Shown piece by piece: positions 42,064 through 50,828 of a stretch of DNA of 64,000 nt (its first letter is position 1; each line of letters begins with the position of its first letter). Made by a program: the position numbers and the translations under genes. Under the pieces are notes generated by a model that was given only the letters and a program-made list of their open reading frames with translations, did not search any database and had not been told where the DNA came from. This DNA comes from Acidobacteriota bacterium (GTDB lineage Bacteria; Acidobacteriota; Thermoanaerobaculia; Gp7-AA8), in NCBI GenBank assembly GCA_019244185.1, contig JAFATB010000006.1, positions 553,614 through 617,613 of the forward strand, given 5' to 3'.

Positions 42064-44985
42064 CTAGAAGCGGAACCGAACGCCGAGCTGCGCGAGGCGC
42101 TGTTCGCCCTGCAGCGGATCGCCGGCGAAGATCGTCGGCTGGCCGAAGTTCGGATTCGGGGTAATGGTGCCGCCGGCGTTCACGAACGCCGAGCCGTCGG
42201 GACGGGTCGGGTTGCGCGAGTTGAAGAGGTTGAAGATCTCGCCGATCAGCTCCACGCCGTACGAGCCGCCGAAGGTGAACTCCTTCGACAGGCGCAGGTC
42301 GAACTGCGAGAACGAGTCGCCGCGCTCGGTGTTGACGTGCGCGACGCCCGGCGCGAGCTCGTTGTTGTACCCGTCGCCGTTGAGGTCGTTGCCGGCCACA
42401 TAGAACGCGGTGAACGGGATGCCCGAGCGATAGCGGAAGATGCCGGAGACGTTGAGGCCGAGCGGCGCGCGGTAGGTGGTGCTGAGGGTCACGCGATGGC
42501 GCGCGTCGGTGTACAGCGGTCCGAAGTTCTGCGAGGAGCCGAGATCGTAGATGTTGATGAGGGCGTTGGTCTGCGCGCCGGTCTGCAGCGTGCCGTCCCA
42601 GAGGCGGAACTCGTCGGCGCCGGTGAGGACGTCGCCGTTCGCCTTCGAGAGCGTGTAGAAGCCCTGCGCCTCGAACTTGTTGCCGCGCGCGTGGAAGCCG
42701 AGGTTGAAGCCCTTGTAGGTCGCGGAACCGTCATCGGTCCAGACGCGGACGCTGGCCGCGGCCGTCGGCAGGATGCGGACGCCGTTGACCTTCGGGTTGG
42801 CGCGGAAGCGGTACGGGATGTTCGAGTAGTCGATGTGCACGGCGTCGAACGTGAGGCCGAGCCAGTTGGTGGCCTGCCAGGAGTAGCCGAGCGAGATCTG
42901 CTCGGACTCCGGCGTGTCCCACGAGCCGCGCGCGATTTCCGTCGCGGTGTTCGCCTCGCCGCCCTGGTTGGGCGGGAGCGGATCGATGCCGGGGCGGAAG
43001 AACGAGCCGTTCGCGTTCCGGATGCCGTTCGGATCTTCGTTGAAGTAGACGACGCCGTAGTTCGACTGCACCGACGACGCCGGGAAGAGGATCGTGGCGT
43101 TCGTGTACGGGAAGTCGTAGTAGATGCCGTAGCCGCCGCGGAGGATGTGGCGCGAGTCGCCCTTGAGGTCGTAGGTGAAGCCGAGGCGCGGGGCGAAGTT
43201 GTTCTTGTCGTCCTTCAGCTTGTCGGCGTCGCCGTTCGCGAACGACTGGAGCCAGTCGATCTGCGGGTTCGCGGCCGCCGCGGCCTTGTAGAGCGGCAGC
43301 AGCGAGTTGCTGCGCTGGTCGAGATCGAAGCCGCTCCAGAGGTCGTAACGCACGCCGAGGTTGAGCGTGAAGCGGTTGTTCACCGCCCAGTCGTCCTGCA
43401 GGTAGACGTTGTACTGATCGACGGGCGTCTTGTCGCCGAAGAAGCCGCCGAAGACGGTGATGCTGCCGACCGGCGAGTCGGGACGATCCTCCAGCAACTG
43501 GTACTGGCCGGACGTACCGGTGGTGAAGTCGCCGCCGAGAATCGGCTCGTGAATCCAGTTCACGCCGGTCTTGAAGTCGTGGCGGCCGCCGCCGATGCTC
43601 GAAGACCAGGAGAAGTCATCCTTGAACTGCGACTTTTCCTGCGTGGTCGTCTGCGGCGTGTTGAAGTTCTGGCCGCTGGTGACGCCGGAGGGGAAGAGCA
43701 GGTTCGGATCGTCGGAGACCGGCAGGATCGAGTTCTCGAAGCGCGTCCACTGGTAGACGAACTCGTTGAGCTTGTTGTTGCCGATGGTCCAGGAGTGGCT
43801 GCCGAGGATCGACTTGTAATTGTTCGCGATCGTGCCCTGGTTGCTGGGCATGTAGTTCGGTGCGGCGCCGTAGATGTCGGTGTTTTTCTGGTAGCCGTAG
43901 CGAACCTGAATGAGCTGCTTGGCGGTGGCGTTCCACGTCGCCTTCGCGGTTCCGAGCTCGTCGCGGAACGGCAGGCCGACGGACTGTCCCTGGAACTCGG
44001 GGAAGATCGGGCCGAGTCCGCCCGGGCCGTCCGGATCGCTGTCGATGGAGACGGTGGTGTCGCGGTCGGTCTTCTCGTAGGTGGCGAAGAAGTGCGCGTA
44101 GTCCTTGACGATCGGGCCGCCGAGCGACGCGCCGTACTGCTTGCGCTTGTAGTCGCCCTTCGGCAGGTCGTTGTCTTCTTCGCGCGGCGTCTTCTCGTTG
44201 AGGCTCTTGTCGCGGAAGAAGCCGTACGCGCTGCCGGAGAGATCGTTCGTGCCGGTCTTGGTGACGACGCTCAGGACGCCGCCGGACGAACGGCCGTACT
44301 CGGCCTTGTACTGCATCGTCTGGATCTTGAATTCCTGCACCGCTTCGAGGTTGAAGTTCTGCAGCGCGCCGCCGATCGTGTCGTCGGTGTTGTCGCCGCC
44401 GTCGATGAGGAAGTTCACGTTGCGGCCGCTGCCGCCGTTGAGCGCGACCGTGAGCTGGCCCGGCTTGGTCGGGTCGGCGTTCACGGAGAGCTGCGTGCCC
44501 GGCGCGAGCGAGGCGAGGTTCGCGAACTGCCGGCCGTTGAGCGGCAGGTTCTCGAGTTCCTGCTGGCTGACGACCGTGCCCACCGCGGGCGTCGTCGCCA
44601 CGAGAGGCGCTTCGGCCGTGACGGTGATCGCCTCGCTGACCGCCGCCTGCTTGAGCGTGACGTTGACCTCACGCGGCGTGGCGACGTTGAGCTGCACGTT
44701 CTCGGTCTTCACCGTGGCGAAGCCGCTCAGCTCCGCGGTGACGGTGTAGATGCCGACGGGCAGCGACGGGAAGCGATACGAGCCGTCGGACTCCGTGACG
44801 GTCGTGCGCGTGAGACCCGTCTGCGCGTTGCTCGCGGTGATCGTGACGCCCGGCACGGCGCCGCCGGACGAGTCGCTGACACGACCGGACAACTGAGAAC
44901 CGGTCGACTGCGCCAGCAGCATGACAGGGACGAGTAGGGTCAGGGCCATGAAAATGGCGGCCCACCTGAAAGTGCGACTATTCAT
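42064..44985 (-). CDS. TonB-dependent receptor (Oar-like, carboxypeptidase-regulatory N-domain)
   Basis: LPLNGRQF, NFLIDGGDN, AVQEFKI, AEYGRSSGG, YLQDDW, QLGVRFRF. Confidence 0.92.
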   Translation of the reverse strand: MNSRTFRWAAIFMALTLLVPVMLLAQSTGSQLSGRVSDSSGGAVPGVTITASNAQTGLTRTTVTESDGSYRFPSLPVGIYTVTAELSGFATVKTENVQLNVATPREVNVTLKQAAVSEAITVTAEAPLVATTPAVGTVVSQQELENLPLNGRQFANLASLAPGTQLSVNADPTKPGQLTVALNGGSGRNVNFLIDGGDNTDDTIGGALQNFNLEAVQEFKIQTMQYKAEYGRSSGGVLSVVTKTGTNDLSGSAYGFFRDKSLNEKTPREEDNDLPKGDYKRKQYGASLGGPIVKDYAHFFATYEKTDRDTTVSIDSDPDGPGGLGPIFPEFQGQSVGLPFRDELGTAKATWNATAKQLIQVRYGYQKNTDIYGAAPNYMPSNQGTIANNYKSILGSHSWTIGNNKLNEFVYQWTRFENSILPVSDDPNLLFPSGVTSGQNFNTPQTTTQEKSQFKDDFSWSSSIGGGRHDFKTGVNWIHEPILGGDFTTGTSGQYQLLEDRPDSPVGSITVFGGFFGDKTPVDQYNVYLQDDWAVNNRFTLNLGVRYDLWSGFDLDQRSNSLLPLYKAAAAANPQIDWLQSFANGDADKLKDDKNNFAPRLGFTYDLKGDSRHILRGGYGIYYDFPYTNATILFPASSVQSNYGVVYFNEDPNGIRNANGSFFRPGIDPLPPNQGGEANTATEIARGSWDTPESEQISLGYSWQATNWLGLTFDAVHIDYSNIPYRFRANPKVNGVRILPTAAASVRVWTDDGSATYKGFNLGFHARGNKFEAQGFYTLSKANGDVLTGADEFRLWDGTLQTGAQTNALINIYDLGSSQNFGPLYTDARHRVTLSTTYRAPLGLNVSGIFRYRSGIPFTAFYVAGNDLNGDGYNNELAPGVAHVNTERGDSFSQFDLRLSKEFTFGGSYGVELIGEIFNLFNSRNPTRPDGSAFVNAGGTITPNPNFGQPTIFAGDPLQGEQRLAQLGVRFRF

Positions 44986-45147
44986 GCGTGACCTTCCTTG
45001 AATTGTGTTCCGTTTTGGAGAACTTCCGAGATCGTACTAGCAACGGCAGCGGCTTTACAACGACTTTCCGGCCTGTTTACGGCGGTTTTCGCGGTTCGTT
45101 TTTCCGGCGCGCCGATCCGGATTTGTGAATGCCGTCCGCGACGCGCG

Positions 45148-47319
45148 TCAGCGCGCGGACGTTTCGAGCCGCGCGAGCATGGCCGACACACCCTGCCGCT
45201 GCGCCGCGAACGCGGGCGCGTTCTTCGTCCGCGCGAGGAACGTGCGGTACTCCGCGACCGCGCCGCGCACGTCGCCGCTGAGCTGCAACGCGACGGCGCG
45301 ATTGAGCCGCGCCTCGTGGTAGTCGGGCGCGATGCGCAGCGCGCGATCGAAGCAGTGAATCGCGTCGGCGTAGCGGTTGCGGTCGATGTCGAGCGCGCCG
45401 AGTCCGTTCAGCGGATCGGCGTACGCGGGCGCGAGCGCGATCGCTTTCTGAAACGCCGCCTCCGCGTCCGCATCGCGATGCATCGCCCGCGCGACGTTGC
45501 CGATGTTGTTGTACGCGCGCGCATTCCGCGGGTCGGCGGCGATGGCGCGCTGGAACTCGTCGAGCGCGCCGGCGGGATTGCGCACGCCGAGCTGCACGAT
45601 GCCGAGCACGTTGTGCGCGTCGGCATGTTGCGGATCGCGGCGCAGCACTTCGCGCGCGGCGTCGGCCGCGTGCGCGAGATCGCCCGTCTCCTCGAGCGCG
45701 CTGGCGAGGTTGTACCAGCTCTGCGCGTCGTCGGGCGCGTACGCGACGGCGTCGCGATAGAGCTCGATCGCGCGCCGCTCGTGTCCGCGCTGGCGCTCGA
45801 CTTTCGCCAATGCCCCTCGAAAAATCGGATTCGGCGGATCCTCGCCCACTAGCGGCTCGAGCATCGCCGCCGCGTCGTCGAAGCGTTTGTCGTTGATCGC
45901 CCAGCTCGCGGTTTCAAACTTGCGGAAGAGCGGCACCATCTGCTTCGGATCGGGACGCTGCGCATCGGGACGCGCGGCCGCGGTGCCGCCGACGTAGCCG
46001 AGGCTGGCCAGCTTCGCGAGCGTCTCCGCGTCGAGTCCTGACTTCGGCGGCGCGACCGCGTGCGCGCGCAGCGCGCGGAGGCTCGCGTCGAGCGCGCGCA
46101 TCACGCGCCGCTGATCGTCGAGCACATTGTGCGTCTCGTGCGGATCGCGCGCGAGCTCGTACAGCTCCGGCGACGGCGCGGCGATGTATTTGAAGGTGCC
46201 GCGCCGCATCGCCGCGAGCGGACTCCAGCCGTACAGCGCCGGATACTCCGTCTCCGAATACAAATCCGCGGCCGGCGGCTCTTTGTGATCTTTCAATGCC
46301 GGCGACAGGTCGCGTCCGTCGAGCGTGCCGCCGAGGGCGACGCCGGCGAGTCCGGCGACGGTCGGCGCGAGGTCGGCGAGACTCACCGGCGTGGCGATGA
46401 CGTTCTTCTCCACGCCGGGCGCGGAGATGACGAGCGGCACGCGCAGCGTCGGCTCGTAGAGCAGCATGCCGTGCGTCAGCTCGCCGTGCTCGCCGAGCGC
46501 CTCGCCGTGATCGCCGGTGATCACGACGATCGTGCGCTCGCGCTGTCCGAGCCGCGCGAGCGAGGTGAGAATGCGCTGCACCTGCGCGTCGACGAACGCG
46601 ATCTCACCGTCGTACGGCGACGCCGCGAAGCGCGTGCGATACGGCTCCGGCGGCACGTACGGAAAATGCGCGTCGTACAGATGCACCCACGCGAAGAACG
46701 GCCGCGCGTCGCCCTGCCCGAGCCACGTCAGCGCGCGGTCGACGACGAGATCGCCGCGCCGCTCCGCCTCGAGTCGATCGCCGACGTTCGGATCGCGCGG
46801 GATCTCGTCGTCATAAACATCGAAGCCGCGATTCAATCCGAACTTGTGATCGAGCACGAACGCCGCGGTGAACGCGGCCGTGCGATAGCCGTTCGCGGAG
46901 AAGAGCGTGGCCAGCGTCGCGCGATCCGCCGGAAACGCCCCCTCGCCGTTGTTGCGCAACCCGTGATGCGGCGGCAGCACGCCCGAGAGAATCGTCGCGT
47001 GCGACGGCAACGTCAGCGGCACCGCGCTCACCGCGTGCTCGAAGCGCACGCCGCCCGCCGCCAGCGCATCGATCGAAGGCGTCGCGCCGCTACGGCTGCC
47101 GTACGCGCCGACGTGATCCGCGCGAAGGGTGTCGAGGGTGATGAGGAGGACGTTGGGGCGGGAGGGGGGCTCTTTGCGGGTGCAGGAGAGAGTCAGAGCA
47201 AGAAGAATCAAAAGCTGAATGCAGAACGCAGAACGCAGAATGAAGAATTGAGAAAAGAGACCGGGCTGCGCGTTCCTGTTTCTCAATTCTGCGTTCTGCG
47301 TTCTGCGTTCTTCATTCAA
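45148..47319 (-). CDS. Sulfatase-like hydrolase with C-terminal TPRs, putative lipoprotein (start uncertain)
   Basis: LSC lipobox; NVLLITLDTLRADH, TLPSHATI, GDHGE; TPR repeats. Confidence 0.85.
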   Translation of the reverse strand: MNEERRTQNAELRNRNAQPGLFSQFFILRSAFCIQLLILLALTLSCTRKEPPSRPNVLLITLDTLRADHVGAYGSRSGATPSIDALAAGGVRFEHAVSAVPLTLPSHATILSGVLPPHHGLRNNGEGAFPADRATLATLFSANGYRTAAFTAAFVLDHKFGLNRGFDVYDDEIPRDPNVGDRLEAERRGDLVVDRALTWLGQGDARPFFAWVHLYDAHFPYVPPEPYRTRFAASPYDGEIAFVDAQVQRILTSLARLGQRERTIVVITGDHGEALGEHGELTHGMLLYEPTLRVPLVISAPGVEKNVIATPVSLADLAPTVAGLAGVALGGTLDGRDLSPALKDHKEPPAADLYSETEYPALYGWSPLAAMRRGTFKYIAAPSPELYELARDPHETHNVLDDQRRVMRALDASLRALRAHAVAPPKSGLDAETLAKLASLGYVGGTAAARPDAQRPDPKQMVPLFRKFETASWAINDKRFDDAAAMLEPLVGEDPPNPIFRGALAKVERQRGHERRAIELYRDAVAYAPDDAQSWYNLASALEETGDLAHAADAAREVLRRDPQHADAHNVLGIVQLGVRNPAGALDEFQRAIAADPRNARAYNNIGNVARAMHRDADAEAAFQKAIALAPAYADPLNGLGALDIDRNRYADAIHCFDRALRIAPDYHEARLNRAVALQLSGDVRGAVAEYRTFLARTKNAPAFAAQRQGVSAMLARLETSAR
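47217..47318. repeat. Heptamer-based inverted repeat, second copy
   Basis: gcagaacgcagaacgcagaatgaagaattgagaa ... ttctcaattctgcgttctgcgttctgcgttcttcattc. Confidence 0.8.
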
Positions 47320-47340
47320 GGCGGCGCGACCGCGCCGCCG

Positions 47341-48870
47341 CTATAAAGGTATGTTCCCATGCTTCTTCGGCGGGTTCCGATCGCGCTTGTTGCGCAGCAT
47401 GGCGAAGGCGGTGATGAGCTTGCGGCGGGTGAAGCGCGGCTCGATGATCTCGTCGATGTAGCCGCGCTCCGCCGCGATGTACGGGTTCGCGAACTTCTCC
47501 TTGAACTCCGCCACCTTCTCTTCGCGGTTGCCCGGCGCGTTGCGATAGAGGATGTTCACCGCGCCTTCCGCGCCCATCACCGCGATCTCCGCCGTCGGGT
47601 ACGCGTAGTTCATGTCCGCGCGGATGTGCTTCGAGTTCATGACGCAGTACGCGCCGCCGTACGCCTTGCGCGTGATGACCGTGACTTTCGGCACCGTCGC
47701 CTCCGCGAGCGCGTAGAGCAGCTTCGCGCCATGAATGATGATGCCGCCGTACTCCTGCCCGACGCCCGGCAAAAATCCCGGCACGTCTTCGAGGACGAGC
47801 AGCGGGATGTTGAACGAGTCGCAGAAGCGCACGAAGCGCGCGCCCTTGCGCGAGGCATCGATGTCGAGGACGCCGGCGAGAAATGCGGGCTGGTTCGCGA
47901 CGACGCCGACCGAGTAGCCGTTGAGGCGGATGAAGCCGACCACGAGATTGCGCGCGTAGTGCTGGTGCACCTCGAAGAAGTGCCCTTCGTCGGCGATGGT
48001 CTTGATCAGCTCGCGCATCTCGTACGGCTGGTTCGGACTCTCCGGGATGAACGCGTCGAGCTGCGCGTCGACGCGGTTCACGTCGTCGTTCGTCGCGACG
48101 CGCGGCGCCTCTTCCATGTTGTTCGACGGCACGTACGAGAGCAACTCGCGGATGAGCGCGAGGCAGTCTTCATCCGACTCCGCCGCGAAGTGCGCCACGC
48201 CGGAGACCTGGTTGTGCGTCTCCGCGCCGCCGAGCTTCTCCTTCGTCACTTCCTCGTGCGTCACCGTGCGGATGACGTCGGGTCCGGTGACGAACATGTA
48301 GCTCGTGTTCTTCACCATGAGGATGAAGTCGGTGATCGCGGGCGAATACACCGCACCGCCGGCGCACGGCCCCATGATCGCGGAGATCTGCGGCACGACG
48401 CCCGATGCGAGCGTGTTGCGGAGGAAGATGTCCGCGTAGCCGCCGAGGGAGACCACGCCTTCCTGGATGCGCGCGCCGCCGGAGTCGTTGAGACCGATCA
48501 CCGGCGCGCCGTTCTTCATCGCCAGATCCATGATCTTCACGATCTTCGCGGCGTGCGTCTCGGAGAGCGATCCGCCGAAGACGGTGAAGTCCTGCGCGAA
48601 GGCGTAGACCAGCCGCCCCTGCACGGTGCCGTAGCCCGTGACGACGCCGTCGCCGGCCACGCGCTGCTTGTCCATGCCGAAGTCCTGCGAGCGGTGGACG
48701 ACGAGCTGGTCGAGCTCCTGGAACGAGCCGGGATCGAACAGCAGTGCGATGCGCTCGCGCGCGGTGAGCTTTCCTTCGCTGTGCTGGCGGTCGATGCGCT
48801 GCTGGCCGCCGCCCAATTCGCTCTCGCGGCGGCGCCGCTCGAGCTCTTCGACGTTTTGTTCGAATGCCAT
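47341..48870 (-). CDS. Acyl-CoA carboxylase carboxyltransferase (PccB-like)
   Basis: [56 protein letters not shown]. Confidence 0.95.
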   Translation of the reverse strand: MAFEQNVEELERRRRESELGGGQQRIDRQHSEGKLTARERIALLFDPGSFQELDQLVVHRSQDFGMDKQRVAGDGVVTGYGTVQGRLVYAFAQDFTVFGGSLSETHAAKIVKIMDLAMKNGAPVIGLNDSGGARIQEGVVSLGGYADIFLRNTLASGVVPQISAIMGPCAGGAVYSPAITDFILMVKNTSYMFVTGPDVIRTVTHEEVTKEKLGGAETHNQVSGVAHFAAESDEDCLALIRELLSYVPSNNMEEAPRVATNDDVNRVDAQLDAFIPESPNQPYEMRELIKTIADEGHFFEVHQHYARNLVVGFIRLNGYSVGVVANQPAFLAGVLDIDASRKGARFVRFCDSFNIPLLVLEDVPGFLPGVGQEYGGIIIHGAKLLYALAEATVPKVTVITRKAYGGAYCVMNSKHIRADMNYAYPTAEIAVMGAEGAVNILYRNAPGNREEKVAEFKEKFANPYIAAERGYIDEIIEPRFTRRKLITAFAMLRNKRDRNPPKKHGNIPL

Positions 48871-49121
48871 CAGAGGATGAAGTTCCGTTGCGCCGCAATC
48901 CGGCGCATCTCGTTCTCGACATCCGCCTCGGATGCCTTGTCGCCGAGGCGTTGCCGCGCTTCGTGTTCGATCAGCTCCGCGGCGGCGAAATTGTCGCCGA
49001 GCGCTTTGGCCACCACGCTGATCCCCGTCTCCGCGTCGCGGAACTCGACCAGCCCGCGATCCTCGAGGCGGTTCACGATGGCCCGCGCGAGGAACTCGAT
49101 GCGTTTGGCGGTGGCGCTCAC
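48870..49121 (-). CDS. Small hypothetical protein (DUF507-like)
   Basis: 83-aa helical ORF, TGATG-coupled to the carboxyltransferase gene. Confidence 0.55.
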   Translation of the reverse strand: MSATAKRIEFLARAIVNRLEDRGLVEFRDAETGISVVAKALGDNFAAAELIEHEARQRLGDKASEADVENEMRRIAAQRNFIL

Positions 49122-49131
49122 GACGCGGGCA

Positions 49132-49956
49132 TTAAAGCATCATCTCCGCGCCGAAGGAACCGGCGCCGTACGGATACCACGCGGCGGGCGGCGCGACCGC
49201 GTCGATCCGCACGAGACGCACCGTCGCCGGGTAGACGCGCGCGGCGTCTTCGACGAGCACGTGCAGCGTGAGACCGTCGATCGGCGCGAGCAGCGCGATC
49301 GCGCGCGGACGCGTTTCGTCGATGTCCGCGACGGCGCAGCGAAGCTGCAGGTTCAGCGGCACGCGGACCGGACGCATGCGATACGTCGGACGATAGACGT
49401 TCGGATACGGCGGCGCGGCGATGCGTTGCTCGAGGATCGCTTCCCCGTTGCCGTCAATGCCGCCGCCCGTCTGCCACAGCTCGACGTTCGGCGGCGCGAG
49501 GCCGGCGAGCGACGGCAGCAGCGCGGCGGTGACGTTCGGCGCGAGCCGCAGCCGCGCGGGAGCCTCGCGACTGCTCGTCGTGCAGCGCGCGAGCGCGTCC
49601 GCGATCGGCGCGATCTCGCTCGTGTCAAAGGTTGCGAGATCGACGAGCGCCCGCAACCCGCGATGCGCGAGCGCGACATGCACGCGCCACGTTTCGTCGG
49701 ACCACATCCGGCCGTCGCATTCGTGCTCCGCGATTCCGGCGCTGACGATGAGGCGCTCGACGGCGACCTCGCGCGCGAGCGTTTCGATCTGCCGCGCGAC
49801 GGCGACGACGTCGGCGTCCGGCCACGGCAGCGCGTCGCGCGCTTCCGGCTCGCAGGAGAAGAGGTCGTGCTCCTCGGTCACGATGCCCGCTTCGGACACG
49901 CTTACGAGCACGCCGTTCTCCCACCGCACGCTGCTGCCGCGTTTGCGGTAGATCAT
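49132..49956 (-). CDS. Hypothetical protein, possible degenerate PmbA/TldE-like partner
   Basis: Coupled to a TldD-like gene; weak remnants (DGNG, YRMRP). Confidence 0.5.
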   Translation of the reverse strand: MIYRKRGSSVRWENGVLVSVSEAGIVTEEHDLFSCEPEARDALPWPDADVVAVARQIETLAREVAVERLIVSAGIAEHECDGRMWSDETWRVHVALAHRGLRALVDLATFDTSEIAPIADALARCTTSSREAPARLRLAPNVTAALLPSLAGLAPPNVELWQTGGGIDGNGEAILEQRIAAPPYPNVYRPTYRMRPVRVPLNLQLRCAVADIDETRPRAIALLAPIDGLTLHVLVEDAARVYPATVRLVRIDAVAPPAAWYPYGAGSFGAEMML

Positions 49957-50828
49957 GCGAACACCGTCAACATGATCGGCGCGTGCGAGCCGACGACGAG
50001 CTCCTGCCCTTCGCGCGAGCAGATCACGCCCGGATAGCGCAGCGGCGCGCCGGTCGCGCCGCGGAGCGCGCGCGCGACGTCCTCGCGCGTGCGTTCGATC
50101 GTGAACGGCGCGAGCGGCGTCACTTCATCGGCACGTACATGTCGCGCGGCGGCGATGCGCACAGTCACCGTCTGCGTCAGCGGCTCGTACGCGCCGCCGT
50201 CGACGAGCAGCACTTCGATGCGCTCCTCCGGCCACGCGAACGGCGCACCTTCCTGACGCGCGACGAGGTTCGTCATGCGCGGCAGCGGCACGTCGCGGAA
50301 CGTCGCGCGGCGCAGACGCGGCGGCGGCGCGCCGTGCAGCAGATCCGCGCCCTCGTCGTCGACGCGCAGCCACGACGGCCACGCGACCGGCGCGTGTCCG
50401 TGCTCGGCGGCGTGTCCAACCGCCTCGTGCAGCAGCACGCTCGCGGAGCCGTGCAGCCAGATCAGCGGCAGCCGCGCGTCCGCGACTTCGCCGCGATCGA
50501 ACGACGCCTCGCGCAACAGCGCCAGATCGTGCGCGACATGCTCCGGCGTCGTCACGATCGACCGCGCCCCGAGGCGAACGGTCATGGTCGATGTCACCCC
50601 TTCTTCCGTCGCCTCCGCGACGAGGCGCACGCGCGCATCCTCCACGACATGCGCGCGCAGACGCTCCATCGCCGCGTCGCAGGCCGCGACGAGCGCGTCG
50701 TCGCGCGCATCGCTGGCGACGATTCCGCGCTCGTCTTCGACGGCGATCCCGTGCGCGAGGCGGCGTTCGAGCAGGCGGCCGTGCGACCAGAGCTCGTCGC
50801 GCGTGGCGATGGCGAAGCGCGCGGTCAA
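49953..50828 (-). CDS. Truncated TldD-like metalloprotease
   Basis: VLLHEAVGHAAEH, RRATFRDVPLPRMTNL, CSREGQELVVGSHAP; start tentatively TTG 50828. Confidence 0.65.
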   Translation of the reverse strand: MTARFAIATRDELWSHGRLLERRLAHGIAVEDERGIVASDARDDALVAACDAAMERLRAHVVEDARVRLVAEATEEGVTSTMTVRLGARSIVTTPEHVAHDLALLREASFDRGEVADARLPLIWLHGSASVLLHEAVGHAAEHGHAPVAWPSWLRVDDEGADLLHGAPPPRLRRATFRDVPLPRMTNLVARQEGAPFAWPEERIEVLLVDGGAYEPLTQTVTVRIAAARHVRADEVTPLAPFTIERTREDVARALRGATGAPLRYPGVICSREGQELVVGSHAPIMLTVFA

